Source: Raillietiella orientalis (Eukaryota). From it: 64,000 nucleotides of DNA. Of the stretch, positions 13,784-28,450 are shown in pieces. Where the stretch lies: the NCBI GenBank assembly GCA_036172245.1, contig JAYWIR010000004.1, positions 3,348,001 to 3,412,000 of the forward strand, written 5' to 3'. The notes beneath the pieces are model-generated. The model searched no databases and was not told the origin of the DNA. It saw only the letters and a list, made by a program, of their open reading frames with translations. The translations under genes were made by a program, and so were the position numbers. Numbering within the stretch: the stretch's first letter is position 1; each line of letters starts with the position of its first letter.

Positions 13784-15460
13784 ATGGCAGGATCCGCCCT
13801 GAAACGTTTGATGGCAGAATATAAGCGTGAGGTTTAATTTTTGTAAATCGGGATTGACAAAATAAACCGTGGTCGTATATACTTTCGAACTTCACACACA
13901 ACTTCACAGTTGAGTTTCGTTAAACAAGATTCCATTGTACGCGATTACGATTTGATCCCCAGTAGGAAATTAATGTTTCCTTAATTGCAAATTTAACTTG
14001 CACTTCGTGATAATTATTTTTTTCCGTTCAGGTCACATTGTTGGATTAACGGTATCTTAACCGAATTGTTCAATACAAGAATTAGCGTAAGCTTCATTAG
14101 CAGCCTTCACCCCAAGAGATTATTAACCCATAATCAAACTTATTGCATCAAAAAACAAAAATGGGGAAATATAAATCGAAGAGAACCTTTTGCCCAGAGA
14201 TTCATGTGTCCACTTGGGATTTTAATTTTATCAAATTTAATTCCAAGAAATCTATTGCTTTAGGCCGAAATTGAACTGATATTTACAAATCGTGAACGTT
14301 TGTTTTCCGGAGTGTGCAAAGTTAAAGTGCATACAGAATCCCTTAAGACTTTTCAAGCTAATTTGGGATAACTTACTTTAAATTCGTTAAAATTCGAATT
14401 ACAGCATCAGCATTCGTGTCATGAATAGAAGAAATTCTTTTCATTCCTTTGATGTTTTCTCGATTTGTCTTTGATTTCTGCCGTAATTTACTTCATTCCC
14501 CCCCCCCTCAATCACCCAGGGAACATTAAGCTGCCATTTTCATGGCATCATTTCCATGTCCAAAAACAAAACCTTTAATTACAATGTGTTTTCTGTGTAG
14601 AGCTAACCCTTAATCCACCTGATGGAATCATTGCTGGGCCAATTGATGAGGAAAATTTTTTTGAATGGGAAGCATTAATAATGTAAGTAAATCTGCTATT
14701 CCATATTAATGAACGAAATCAAAAAATGAAATTGTGTTGAGGTATTTCATTATTTATTGCATGCAATTTCTTTGGCTACACTAAAGATTTTTATTATATT
14801 TAGCAAAAGGTACTGATTCTTATTCTGTATCAAAATGTTATCATATTTCTGTATTCTGTAAGTATCAGTGACAATTTTTATTACATTCAAAGTTCGTATT
14901 TCTTGAATGATCTTGAACTCGTAGTTTTTATTAGTTGTGAAAACTATGATTCATTCATTTTGTTTTTAATGCTCTATATTAGTTCTTTATCACAGGGGTC
15001 CAGAAGGTACATGCTTTGAAGGAGGAGTCTTTCCAAGCAAACTGATTTTCCCTTCAGATTATCCCCTAAGTCCACCTCAAATGCAATTTACTTGCGAAAT
15101 GTTTCACCCTAATAGTAAGGATACAGTCTTCACTGCATGTTTTAAATGGATCTTCAGTTTATCCAGATGGACGTGTGTGCATCTCTATTCTGCATGCTCC
15201 AGGAGATGACCCAATGGGCTATGAGAGCAGTGCAGAACGATGGAGTCCTGTGCAAAGTGTGGAGAAGATTTTGTTGTCAGTAGTTAGCATGCTGGCAGGT
15301 ATGCTTTTTAGCAACTTTACCTCTTTTGTTAGAATCTGCTTTAGAGCCCAATGATGAGAGTGGTGCTAATGTTGATGCTGCAAAAATGTGGAGGGAGGAC
15401 AGAGAGCAGTTTGATAGAATTGCACATAAAATTGTTCGTAAGACGTTGGGACTAACGTAA
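13784..15460 (+). CDS. UBE2G2: Ubiquitin-conjugating enzyme E2 G2 (Ubc7 family)
   Basis: Exons 13784-13826, 14601-14682, 14996-15114, 15158-15298 and 15345-15460 (all GT-AG, in frame). Protein [96 protein letters not shown], with the catalytic Cys and the Ubc7 acidic loop. Confidence 0.97.
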
Positions 15461-15469
15461 TGCATGAAC

Positions 15470-15475
15470 AATAAA
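15470..15475 (+). promoter_or_regulatory. Candidate polyadenylation signal for UBE2G2
   Basis: AATAAA 9 nt after the TAA stop, inside the 17-bp gap to the convergent gene. Confidence 0.5.
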
Positions 15476-15477
15476 TG

Positions 15478-16933
15478 TCAATGCTCAGCAAGTGAAACAG
15501 GCTGATGTAGGTACTCTAGCAGTAGTGGGGGTAATGGCAAATCACAGACATTATTGTGATAGATATGATTCAGAATAGCATTTCGACATAAATGTTGTAA
15601 ACAAGGCACCTGAATCACACGAGACACCGGATACAATAATTTGACTGCCTGAAGACCAGCTGACCCCTTGTAATTCACAAATAAGTGATAACGATCACTA
15701 TAAGAATATGACACAGTACTAGACACTAATTCCTCTACAGTACGGTGCCTTAGATTGGCACGTGGTTGTGCTTGACTCAGGCTGTAATATCCTATTCAAA
15801 ACAGTAGTTTTCAACATGTTATGTTATCTCACCATAGCTGAAGTGAATGTGAGCATGATAAATGCATCCACCACTTTTGAAACTTATTGTAAATAGATGA
15901 TACAAGTTGTGGCTATCTCGAACTAAAAATGAGCCATCTAACTTGTCTCTGAGGATCTCTTCTGCCTCTTGGCTGGTTACAGGCCCCCAGTACCACAGTT
16001 TCTAAAATTAAATTTATTCACTTCCAAAAATACGTGGTTGATATTTTATCACGAGAAGACATGCTTTTATAGTCACATGGAAGCGCCAACCTGTCAAACA
16101 TTAACTAGAAGGTGTAAAGAATTGATTCTCTCGCTTTTTATTTTTTTTTTCTTTCGTTTTTCTCATCTCGCATTGTCTCAAATCAAACAAAGAAAGCACA
16201 GCTGATAAGTTGTTGAAACAGATCCTCATTTGCACTGAAATGACTTAAGCAAAGAATTGTTCAATAAATTTTCCACATTCCAAATTGCTTTAGTTTTGCT
16301 TGGTATTGACAGATATTTAAAAAACAAAAATAGTCTAGCTGAATGTTTCTACATTAATGGCCTGCATGGAATCTTATATCCAAAAAATTTCAAAAGAAAT
16401 TGGATTCCTTACTATTTCTTTATGCTATTATAAGAGAACACAGTAGCCTCCAAAAAAATTCTTGAACAAACGCATTCTACACAAGGATCCACTTCTATTC
16501 ATGACACAAAGCAAAAGAAATTGACAACTATGATATAAATAACATTTATATTAATACATTATATTAAACAGTATGCTTAGATTACTGAATATAGTGCAGT
16601 ACCTATTCATTTAACGGTTTCTGTAGGTTTCTTAATCATGCTCTATCTTGCAATTGTTTGTATGCGCAAAAAAAACGTAACGGAACTTACACTTTTTATG
16701 GTTTCCATCCAAGGAGATTCAACTTTTGGAGTATCTAAAATAATTTTCCTTTAGATATTGATCACAAGTTAACCGTGAGTGTATTAAAAGGATACAAGTG
16801 TAAACTTACCTAAAACTATACTTCCTTTTTCGGTCTCTTGAAATCTTTCCACCCGCTTGCGGGAAAACAACTGTTGTACAACATAATATTTCCACCACAA
16901 AAAAGACAGAAACCTCCCTCCGTCTCTTTTCAT
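15478..16933 (-). CDS. Suppressor-of-cytokine-signalling family protein (SH2 + SOCS box), ~216 aa
   Basis: Frame-consistent exons 16933-16810, 16734-16691, 16001-15833 and 15791-15478. SH2 motif WYWGPVTSQEAEEILRDKLDGSFLVRDS; C-terminal SOCS box VPCLQHLCRNAI..DLPLPPLLLEYL. The first two exons are less certain. Confidence 0.9.
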
Positions 16934-18089
16934 TGTTTATCACTTCGCTTGCTGAAACGCCTACGCATTCCAGTTTGATTGAGTTTGCAGAATAGCACTA
17001 AATTATTCACAAAATTGCCTTTGAATTTAGTTAACTACTCACACAAATCTCTCACAAGTGTTTAATTTGTATTTTTATTTTTTTTTTCCCTGAAAGTCAA
17101 TTACACGTGAGTATATGTATAAAAAAAAAGGGTAAGGTAAATTACATAGGAAATCGGAAAACTTCATTCGAGTCGCACGAGATTAATTCAAACTTTATTC
17201 AAACTTCTTTACTAAATCAAAACATCGAAAATCAGGGAATGATATAAAGAATATATTTTCAGAAACAACAAATAAATTACAACTGCTGCCTGAAGGGAGA
17301 AACACTACTTACGGCAAAAATTAGTCACTGAAACATGAGAAAAACCTGTACAATTATCGGTATATATAGGAAATCGGTTTTGATTATGTAAAGCTAAGGA
17401 CAAAATAGTGCGGCTGTTGAAATGGAAGCAAATAAGTAATTGAAAAACACGTCAAAGAATGCAAAACAGCAATAAACAAAAACACGCACACACACACACT
17501 CACATCCGATTATGAGAGCTAAGAAAAACAACTACAAATGAGAAAACATAACGTAGGGAGATACAAAATGCTTAAAATCTATAATCCTAATTAAATATAT
17601 ATATATATATATTCTAACTGTGTTTTTAATAAGTATGCAATGAAATTCGGAATTTCTGAATCTGTTTCGCTGCAGAACTATGAAACAAACAAGGAAAATT
17701 CATTGTACAGTTATTAGATGAAGCCAATGGGATCTAGAGCTATAGTTTAGAGCTAGAGCGATCTAGATCTATAAGTTTTATTCAGATATTCATGCAAATG
17801 GAATATGACATCCTATAAATTCATGTAATGGTAACTGCATCACTGAGGATGAGAAAATTTTCACTTTACGATTTTTTGATTGCTTTTCTGATTTTTTTGT
17901 TCTTTTTCACGGTTTATGTGTAAACTTACTCTTCGTCAAATGAATTCCTAAGCATCCTCTCCAAATTCTCAAATTTTCGATTTCATTCAGTTAACCACAT
18001 ATGATTCTTTCACTGTGTGAATCACTTAGATTGTTTTTTTTAAGAAAATGACCCTTGTCAGTACTCATGTTTATAACTTGCTCACGAAC

Positions 18090-19900
18090 CTCCAAGAGGA
18101 ATCAAACCATTTATGAATACTGGTTAGACATGAAGATTCTCCAAAGCATAGAGATCATTGCATTTGAATATTTTCTTTAATTATTATTTTCATAATATAA
18201 ATTCCGAATGTAATAATCGAACCGAAATGCAGATTGTTTTATGATAACTTTATGCATTTGTTCTAAAGATGTTCATAGAAAATCTTTAATTGAATGATAA
18301 CTTCTAATTCAACAGGTCAGAGATATTATGCAAAATATTATGGAAGAATGCACTAGAAAACTCGGCCAAAAAGAGTTAAGTAGATAATATACCTACCTTC
18401 TTCGTATATTCTTTTAAATATCTTACGAACACACATTGATTGATTAATAACGGAAAGTCTTGCACCAGAAATCATATTGTCTTTGGTAAACTCCTAAGGA
18501 GAAAGTTTTTACTAATTCGGATACTATTACTATGCCTTTAATTGTTCAAACAAGTATTCTGTCATTCCCTGAGCAGTCGTTGATAGAATCAGCAATGTTA
18601 CGTCAAATCACTTATTATTGTCTATGTCTTATATTATAATCACTAATTTTATTGTCTTGTATACCTAATTTTATTTCTGTTCGTCTACTTTTTGGCTCAG
18701 AGGATTGTGATCGCATGAAACTCTCCTGGTTTTATAAACGAATGCTTTTTTTATTATTTAGAGTGATCGATAGACATTCAAAAGATCAGAAGGCTGTTTG
18801 ATACATGCAATAATTTTCTTCATATTGCAAGTATTTTTGGTAGATGAATTTAAATTATGGTACATAGATTGCAATGAGAATCGTAGCTTTGCGTCTGGTG
18901 AATGATGTTGGAAAGTTGGTATTGAAAAACTGTTTTCATGATAAAGTAAAAGCTTCTTCTCTAGGTCATTCTTTAAACTAACTTTTCTTATGCTCATGCT
19001 ATGACTTCTATACAGAATATCTATAAAGTTTTCATGTTATTAACATCCATTAGCTTTTTAAGAGTATAAATCCTTTGTCTTTTTGCTTCGGGTTACTCTC
19101 AATTTTGCACTTTCTTCCCTTTAAGCTTCTTTTTTTAAAGAGTTTCATCGTTTAGGATTCTGATACCTACGTTTACTTAATTTATTTTTTATTCTTCTTA
19201 TTATTATTTAATTTCTTTATTATTTAATTGCCTTTCCATCTTGTTATTTCGTCTTCTAAACTTACATCATTGGGAATCTTCTATTAATCATTGGTGATCC
19301 TTTTCTGTTTGCTATATTAAAAATATTTGTTGCTGCTTTTTTCATTTGGAAAAGCTTTTCGAATACCAATATGCACTATTATTCACTATCCGTCTAAACT
19401 ACTATTCTTAAACAGATAATATAACTCTAAATCTACATTCAACCTACATAGCCCCGATCAAATTATTAGTGATGCATTTCTTCTACCCTCCATGGTGCGA
19501 TCATGGAAAACAAAGGCATGAACCGAGTTTTTGAAGGAACTTTCGAGAATGAAATTTCTTAGATTCTCTGGTTTAAATATACTCACTCACTTCTAATTTT
19601 TCATCTGGTGATGGAAATGATAGGCAGAAACGAGTGATTATCATATGATTGGAAGTTCTCTTTGCTGTGTTTGGAGGACTTCAATATAAAATGGATTTTC
19701 AATATTATTTTCCAATTTGTTTCATGTAGCTGTATATCTGTAAATGGCTTTGATTTTTTCGTGGTGTACTGACAACAATCTACAAGGAAGTTAATTCTGT
19801 TAGTTGATTTATTTCGAGAAATCTTACAACTCATTTGTGGTTGCAGTGCTATTAAAGAACGCTACTGCCGTTTATTGAACCAAATTTATATATTAGGATA
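18090..19900 (-). mobile_element. Highly decayed, AT-rich non-LTR (RTE/CR1-like) EN-RT relic
   Basis: In order on the minus strand: CQYTT..ENPFYIEVLQ (QVYAPT..FY..LQ), CSGNDRI (APG.D.I), KIFKRIYEEG, IISLTC, KQSAFR (Q.GFR) and KWFDS (KAFDS). Confidence 0.45.
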
Positions 19901-21024
19901 TCAAAGTACTACTATTTCGAGATATAAAGAAAACAAAATGACTTGAGCCCACAGTGATCCAAAATCCGCTGAACTCAGTTCACAATAAATAATTCAAGCA
20001 TTTACTCGCAAAATTAAACTGCGTTGACAGAATAGAAATTTTGACTACATGAGGAATGAAATAAATTGATCCTTACGCTTTTGACTTTTGAAATTTACAA
20101 GGCAAACGTTATTAATGCAGAAGTGTAGAGCTCCTAGCACCTTAATTGCTGACATACAAGTGTGATTTGACAACAATGAAAGCAAAAATTGCATTTACGA
20201 TTACATCGTAATTAAGCACCAAATGTTCTTTCCATAGTAGGCAAATTTGATAGCCTTAATTGATACACTGCCACATTAACTGAAGATCCTCACACACGAC
20301 ACAGATTCAAACCAATGAGTGCTTAAATCATTTTCTCCGAATTGATTTACTTTAGAGTATAAGATAATAATAAACGCTTCTCTTTCTCTTCAGCATGCTT
20401 CTGGCAAAAAATCATGAATGAACAAATCCTATAGATCGCTTTGAACATCTCACAAGTTCGGAAACTGGGTCATTCGCTGCTACACCTTACATCTCAACAA
20501 ACATCTTAAATCTTGAAGAGTACGCTGGTGTGGAGTAAGAGGAAAATTTCTTCATTACATAACGATTATTTAATTCATTACATAACGATTTGCTCTCACT
20601 TAAGGAAAATTGATAAAATAAAGTTCAGTCAACGTAACCCGCTTGCAAACTGTTTTTAAATTAATAGTAAAAACATAACTCCTAAAAATAATAATTTTCA
20701 TCCTAATTTTTCTTCAATATGAATTTGCAACTAAATTGCACCCTTTTTTTAAATATGTACTAACATCATTTTAGAGAATTCTTTATTTTTTAGGATGGTA
20801 ACACAAATCCTCTTAATCCTTGATGTTTGTACAATCACACTTTTTTATAATAAATAATTTGGTAAATATCACAACATCTGACATGTAACATCATATGAGC
20901 AAACAGAAAACTAATACATTTTGCAAGATGCATGCAGACAAATGTCTTGGATTGTGGTTGAGGGACTGCTATCTGGTATCTCTCAGCATAAAATGACTAG
21001 AAATAATTGATCACTACAGATTCT

Positions 21025-23598
21025 TCATTCCTTTTTGGAATGGTTATCTGAAAATTTCGTTATTTCTGAAAAAATACTAATTAACAACCTGAGAGAGGAT
21101 CGTTTTCATCCTCTAGTACTCCAGAACAGCACACAGAATAGCATATCAGAGTAAAAAAGAAAAATGGAAGTCCCAGCAATACAGCTGTTAACATGGGATT
21201 GCCCTTCCACATGCTGAGCAACACTGTCCAAAAATCAAAGTAAGCACGGTAAACAGAGTGTGCATATGAGTTGCCTCCTCTGGCCTAATGCAAGAAACCC
21301 TTGAACATTTGTTGTCTCTACACTTACAGGTATTGAACCATCTAGAACTTGATCTAAAAACAGAGAAACAGCATCTTCTGTCAGTTGGTCTGGATGATCG
21401 ATAGGTAAATAGTGAACATAACTTCGAGGATGTAAAACCAATAAACATGGGACACTCAAATGCTGCATAGCAAATGAGTTTGCCAACGTTGGATTTGGAA
21501 GCCATCCAAACTGGAACTCTGCATGTAAGTCATCCCATCGTTGCCGTGCCACTTTCTCCAATGTAGACTGCAATCTTAAGAGAGTTATAAACTAATGAAG
21601 TTGCATCTCCTTACTTTTGCATGTTCTCTTCCAATTCTCCTATTATGTTTTCTTGTACAACAACAAGGGCCAACAGTTTGTGCAGATTTAGCATTTGGTG
21701 GAAGACATTATGAGGTATTCTGGGCATCAGGCCAAATCTTTCATGATCAGCCCAGTGTTGTAACTCATCTGATACATTCTCCTTTTGCATCCCTACAGTC
21801 CACAAGACATGTGGTCTGGCCTATTCCCAATCAAATGCACAAGCACATCGCAGACTTACCTTCAAAGGGTACACTTAGCTTATTCCCATAAGCTATTATC
21901 TGTGACTGTAACTCAATAGGTGGCACCTATTCAGAATACTTATATCAGTGAAGACAGAGAAATATGAAAAAAGAAATCAATGCATTTAAAAATACAAAGC
22001 AAAGAAAGATTAAAGGACACAGAACAAAAGCATGAGTTTCAATATGTATATACAGCATCCTACTTTTACACCACTATGAGCCTCTTGGAGGATATAAAAA
22101 GAGTTGAATTCTTGGAGTCTGTTGGCCAACTTCTGATATTCTTCCTATAAAAGGGTACAAAGGTATTTGCACTTCAAACATCCAAAGAGCATACAAAAAA
22201 TTCTCCACTTGCATTGCCATAAAACACAAATGACACCTCATTTGAATTCAGTAACGAACTAATTCTATCTTTCTGGATGGGTTGTACTGGATCTGCTGAT
22301 AACCTCTGAACATAGGTAACTAAATCTTGTCTTGTCCGTTCTCCTTGATATGTATACATTTTGCCATGCTTGAAGCTAATGTGTGAAAAACATAAGATGA
22401 CCACAAGTACAATAACTGAGACAAAAGTACAAACAAGACAACAAACATGAGCTTTTAAAAATGCTAACGATGTCTGGCAAAAAAAAAAAAGAAAACTTGA
22501 AAAATCAAATTGATCTTTCACTTTGAAAAAGAAAACTGCTCTTTGCAACATAAAAAATTAAAACTCTTAAAAATCTGATGATTTAAATTTCAAATCACAA
22601 TATAATCACATAATAATGTTCTTTTATACATAACATGATCATTAGTTGCTATCATCTATACGAATATTTTTACTTCTTTAAATGCAGATTTTTTTTACTT
22701 TTCATCTTTGGAAACAGATGTTACTCACAATACAACTGTAGGATATGCTCGGACATCAAATTCAACTGCTACATTTCTAAAGCGTGTGCAATCTATCCTT
22801 CCAACAATAACCGAAGAATTGTATAAGGACTGTGCCACTTGATCATAAATTGGTTCCAGCTTCCTGCAATGGCTGCACCACGGTGCATATAGCTGAAAGG
22901 TAAATTAAAAATTAAGTTTTCAAATGTATTTATCACTGATTTGTTGAGAATAAGAGAATTCTTCCAGGATTTACTTAATGAAAACATTGTTCAAATTTCA
23001 TTTATGTAAATGCACTAGTTATTTCAATTAAAAACTGTCATGATTCTCCTACAATTATCAATTACCTACTGCAAACCGTGAATTCTCAGTTCATTTACTG
23101 AGGCATCACAAGATAATTCTACTGCCTATACAAAAAAGATCATTTGTAAGCACAATAAGGGAGTATAGTCCAAAGAAATTCACTTTCTAAAGTTCATAAT
23201 TTCATTAATTATTACGCCTATTTCTAAATTTACAGGTACTAAATGAAAAGCATAATATGAACAAAAACATACTTGAACCAGCCACTGTCCTTCTTGTTTG
23301 AACTCAAGAAACCTAAAAAATAACAAGGAACAAACTGTTCATACCCAGAAATACTGATGATGGATAGAAAAACAAAATAAACGAACTCTTACTAAGCAAT
23401 TATTAACTGATTTGAACTCAAGTATGCTGCTTAAAAAAAAATATTATTCATTTAACAAAACAGATACATAAACTAGGAATGTTTCAAATCTTTATTATAT
23501 CATTACTTATCACTCAATTCCAATACTCGTGGACTCTTATTGACGTTTATGCAATGAGTTGGCCAACAACAAATTGTAAACAGAATGATGCATAACAT
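21025..23598 (-). CDS. TMX3: Thioredoxin-related transmembrane protein disulfide isomerase TMX3
   Basis: Exons resolved: 23598-23507 (signal peptide MLCIILFTICCW..VLELSD), 23312-23273, 22892-22729 (LYAPWCSHCRKLEP..GRIDCT..AYPT), 22375-22195, a TM exon ending at 21089 (MWKGNPMLTAVLLGLPFFFFTLICYSVCC) and a last exon 21047-21025 ending HSKKE*. Middle exon boundaries were not all mapped. Confidence 0.92.
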
Positions 23599-25079
23599 AT
23601 TTAACTTCTGCGTTTGCTATTGCTTGCTAAACAGCTGCTGAAGAGTTCGCAAGCATACTCCTTCCTTTCACGATCGATAAGAAATTTGAAAGGCGATCAT
23701 CCATAATAAATATATCCTTTTTACAGTAGGATATGGATTTCATTCAGAATTAATTCCCATTCTTAAATATGAACAGTTTTTTCACATTAGCTGCAAGCTG
23801 TACATAAATATGCGTGAAAATGACCAACTGGTATACCATTTCTGTGAACAATCTATCAACCGCGATTTTCTTAGTATTTTCTTCTTACCCATAGGCGTAC
23901 ATCAGAGATTGTGTGAAAATTAGGATGTATTTTCATCTTGAATACCAAAATATTGACAAACAATATCTCAGAATTACTTAAAAATACGATATTGCATATA
24001 CGTATGCAACTTTTATAAAAACAGACAGGTTGGAAATACGAGTCATATGTTTTATTTATTTTATGTTCATTTTATACCAGATGCTTACACATTATTTTCT
24101 AGCATCCGAGAGCAGTACTGAGAAACTCTGATGTGTATGAGATTGATAATGGGGCACGAAATTTCTATTCAGATTATAACAATTTGCAAATTAATTTGCA
24201 TTCTTAAACTTAAAGCAAATTAACAAAAATTCGGTATTATCCTCCTGGATGATGGGTTTTTAATCACTAGATTCAAATTTGTTTGCAAACAGAAATGCAG
24301 AAAATAAATGCACTAATACAGAAGTAAAACTATCGTCAATGGCGTGCTCTTAATATAAATGAGATAATTAGGTAGTGACTCTTGTAGGGGATGAGAGACG
24401 TAGGAAACATTGCAAATGTGTGTGAAACTCTAAGAGCACTGCCAGTGTTGTGGAGTCTTTTGTTTTACGATTGGCACTCCCTAGTTTAGAAAGTGCTTCG
24501 AAATGTTAGGTTATCAAACAGTGAACTCTCCAAGAGAATGTGAATAACCAGTTCAAGATCCTTTGCTATGAACATTTGTATCTTATCGAAATCTTAGAAG
24601 CAAATTCGGCAGAATCTGTCTTTAAATTGAGGATAGTTGCGAATATCAATCCTAATCGGATGTGTGTCTCTTACATAAAGAGATTATCGACAAACCGCAT
24701 TAAATTGTAAATTACCAATTTCTAACATAATGTAGTCTTTTGAAAAGTTTTTCATCTTTTTTACGTATTCGTAAGTTGACAGTGCTCCATGACATCATTC
24801 TGAATCCTCATTTTTGAATGTTAAAAAAATCTGAAGTTCAAAAACTTTGTGCACGAGTAAATCCTACGTTAGCGAGAGGCAAATATACGCATCTTTCATC
24901 TTTTCCTTGAAAAAGTTTCGTCCCAATCCTTCAGGATATACAATTGTATCAGTCAAGTAAACCAAACCAGACATCCACTCCCTGTCTAGGAATTTCAAGC
25001 AATGGTTTTCCTCTTTTTGTTTCTCTCTTCTCACAGATCTTTCTCTTTCGTTTCATACATTAGTTTTGATATTGATCTC

Positions 25080-28000
25080 AGTACTTGACAATGGAAAGGA
25101 ATGTATATATCCTGATAGGAGCAAATTTATATTCTGGTTTATATGAACATGTGGTATCGTGTATAAACAGTAAAAATGCATGCAATAAAAATGCCATAGA
25201 AAGGAGTCTAATTAGAGAGTATAATTTAAATCAATCCTTTGTGCCCATTTACGACCAATGTTTGTTTCTTTTCAAAAACCTGACCAGAGAGAAACCCCAG
25301 TTGGAACAAAGCACATCATTTTTTCATCTAATCAAAAATTTCTTATTTTCGTAAATACACTGCCCTCGAAATTTCAAACCGTCAGATCCCAAGTTTTAAA
25401 AAAAGTGAATAAAGAATGCACTGAAGGAGCAAATCTTTAATCCTTACCTCTCCTAACTCGGAGAATCAACTAAATTTGCACACCCTTGATGGATTTTCAA
25501 GTTTACGTTTAGTAATTCTCAAGTAGTTTCCTCCAAGAGTATAACCATTCAGGACGTGGTGCACCATTAGAAGCGCTTTTCTGAGTATCTCTTTCGCCGG
25601 AAACGGTTTTAGATGTCTCAGAAAGGGATATCATCCTTACTTTTATTACAGGTATTACGGATCTGGAAAGTGAATGATGTCACTAAACACTGAATCATAA
25701 AACAAAATGAACGTTCCACATAGACTTTGAACCTTAAGTTTCCGAAAGATCTCTAGAATTGTGCCTGGAGAATATCGAAGAATGCTTTAAAAAGTTCTAC
25801 ACCGAGTCGGTCTGGGAAATGAAAAATGTCCACATGAATCAAATAAAAAAGAATTCCCTCCAACATTACTTGCGAATATTGGAAACCCGAATGGCATCTG
25901 AAATATTGGCAAATTTCAGTGTTAAGCGTGAATTCACCATTCACCGGAAGGCTTTTTGGAAATGACAGTCTCAGTAGGAACGGATTTATAGAGTTGATAT
26001 ATCTTTGAGACTCACATTTCACTGCATATTTTTTCTATAGAGCGCCAGTTTCGTAACCTTTCAAATAATTAGGGTCTCATAAATGTTCGGCTCATTAAGA
26101 ACTGCGAGATACCGAGTCTTGTTGACCGTTTCATAGACTTTATTAGGGTGCCACTGACAAGCACCCACGCATGCAAAGACACGAGTAAACTCATGTTTCG
26201 GTCAGCTTGGGAAGGAAGGAAAGATTTCCTACTGGTAACCTTTACGATGTGTCATCTCCTGGGAAAAATTAGCCGGCAGTTCCCAAGAGAGTCAGTTCGT
26301 AAGTTTAGTTTGTCAGGGCAGAAACACTTCTGAATATCTTCTTGGAATCTAAATATCTAAACCATTGTCCTTGATACCAATGGTCACAAATGGAGTGATC
26401 CTCCTTATCAAACAGTTGCAACGTTGAGCGATCATTGCGTATCTCTGAGGTCCTAAGCAATCTTCTCAAGCCATTGGGAAAAAGGAATATCTCCAAAATC
26501 ATCTAGCAACAACGAACGAGATGTTGGTTCTGAGTGAAGAAAATTTCTCGAAACAAGATCTTATGGAAACTTGCCCTTTCATTCCAGTCGATGTCAAAGA
26601 ATCCTTTTTTCATTCTGGTCCCAAGTCCAAGTTGTTCATCCTCACTTCCATTTTGGACTCCACGAAGGTGCACAGAAACTCGCATTTTCCATCTAGGTGT
26701 GAAGAATATCCCATGATTTTGAAAACATGCATTCTTGCTTATAATGTTGTAAAAGCTAAACAATTTTGAGCATGGAATCCATACCAGTAACAAGTCTAAG
26801 AGATTAGTCAGTTTGCTTACAATGGATTTGGATTAGAGAATTTGACCGATTTGTATGGGGAGATTTCCTTCCACATTATTTTCGTTTCCGATAACGGCCT
26901 ACTTGATTTGCTTTGGTTTTGTGATGTAAATAATGCTGATCATAAAGTAATCACCACAAGAAGGGAAAAGAACCTTAAAAATAAGCAGGTCACAGCTGAA
27001 AATAGTAAACATCCAGTGGTTGCAGATTATCAATTCTCTGAATTTTTCATACCGATCCCGTTCCTCCTTGCTTCTCGCGAAGCAGGAAGTTAAATCTAAA
27101 GAGACTCGAATTTCTTTTAACCTTAAAATTAGATTGGGAACTTAAATAGCTTAGGGAAGAAACTGAAGCCTCCTAGACGAATCGAGGAACAGAAAGCTAT
27201 TACGCAAGCAAATAACACAAGAGGGAATTCTACAGAATGCTCCTTCCTGGGCAACTCCAAGCGGCCACGCTATTGCTCTTCGAGGTCGTACAGAGAACTT
27301 ATTTAAAATAAATTGGACATGAAAACGGTTCAACCAAAGGGTAAATTGTGAACACCAAGAGCTGCGGGCTCTAAACAAGCTTGGCTTAAGATCGGGGTTG
27401 TTTCGACTATTGATTAATTTAGATGTTGTATCTCTGAAATTAGAATTTTTTGTTCGGGCTAAGTAGGGGAGGGATACAATAACGATTCTACAAATCGTAG
27501 ATTGTTAAGCAGCCGACGATTTTTAAAATAATAAGCATAATTTCTGCTCAGTATTGTGCTTGAATTGCGTGCACCAAAAACCTGAATTCAGATCATGAAA
27601 CAGTCTTCTACAGATGTCTTGGCATAAGTGCGGGCAAAGATAATCATTACTTTAATCCAAGGATAACCAGTATCATTACGGTGACTGAGCATCCCGCACA
27701 ATAACCTCAAGAGATTTGAAGGTCAGTATCAGTGATTCCATTTTTCTCATGCTGTATCCAGCTCTGGTAGTATACTTTTCACGTACGCATATTCTACTTA
27801 CTAAGCTGCTTTGAAATGTTGACTAATTTCATAAGCTCCATTGTCTTTACTGTTACTGATGGACTCAGTGACGAAGGAAATGAAATCTATCTTTTTAGAT
27901 ACGTCGTAAAGCAAATTCATGACACATTCTCTAGAAATGTACATATTAAACCACTTTACCCTTTAACCAAAATAATCGATCATGTTACCAGGTCTGTACC

Positions 28001-28450
28001 TGTCGCCTGGAGCTATATTTAATATTTGTAGCTTAAACTAAAAGCAGAAAACTTAGGGAAATGCCCTGCGATGCACTGCTGCCCTCCAACCATTTTGCTG
28101 ATCCTTTATTATACCGAGCCACATGTATCAAAAGTTGTCCGTTCGAATGGTCAACGATTCAAAATTTTCTGGTCTTCGATCAAGTTTCTTCTTCACAAGC
28201 TTTCGAACACACCTGGAGTCTATCATAGCAAGCAGATGACCATTCCATTTAGTGGTCTTCTCATTTCCAAATTGAGTTGGCTTGGACGCCCAGCAGGCAC
28301 TTCCTTTATCTCTTTATTCGAGCAATCCGAAGAGCGAGCCAATTTGATCCGTTGCCTGTACTTGTATTCTATCAATCCAAGTACCATTAGGTTGCGTATG
28401 TCGTTAGATTCCTTGTTACCGTTAGAACAAATGTACTGCAACAAGTAGCA
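25080..28450 (-). mobile_element. Decayed near-full-length Ty3/Gypsy internal region (gag-PR-RT-RH-IN)
   Basis: In order: DIRNLMVLGLIEYKYRQRI (gag IRD..V.G), ELDTA (protease), LDL..AFTT (RT), TLQLFDK..PFVTIGIKDNGL and SQADRN (RNase H), LGSDGLKFRGQ and IHDTTCSYKPE (integrase). Many stops and frameshifts; LTRs not identified. Confidence 0.6.

Noticed and set aside
20551..20590. 17-bp direct repeat ttcattacataacgatt
   Set aside because: Only two units with a 6-nt spacer; a simple local duplication, not a CRISPR-like array.
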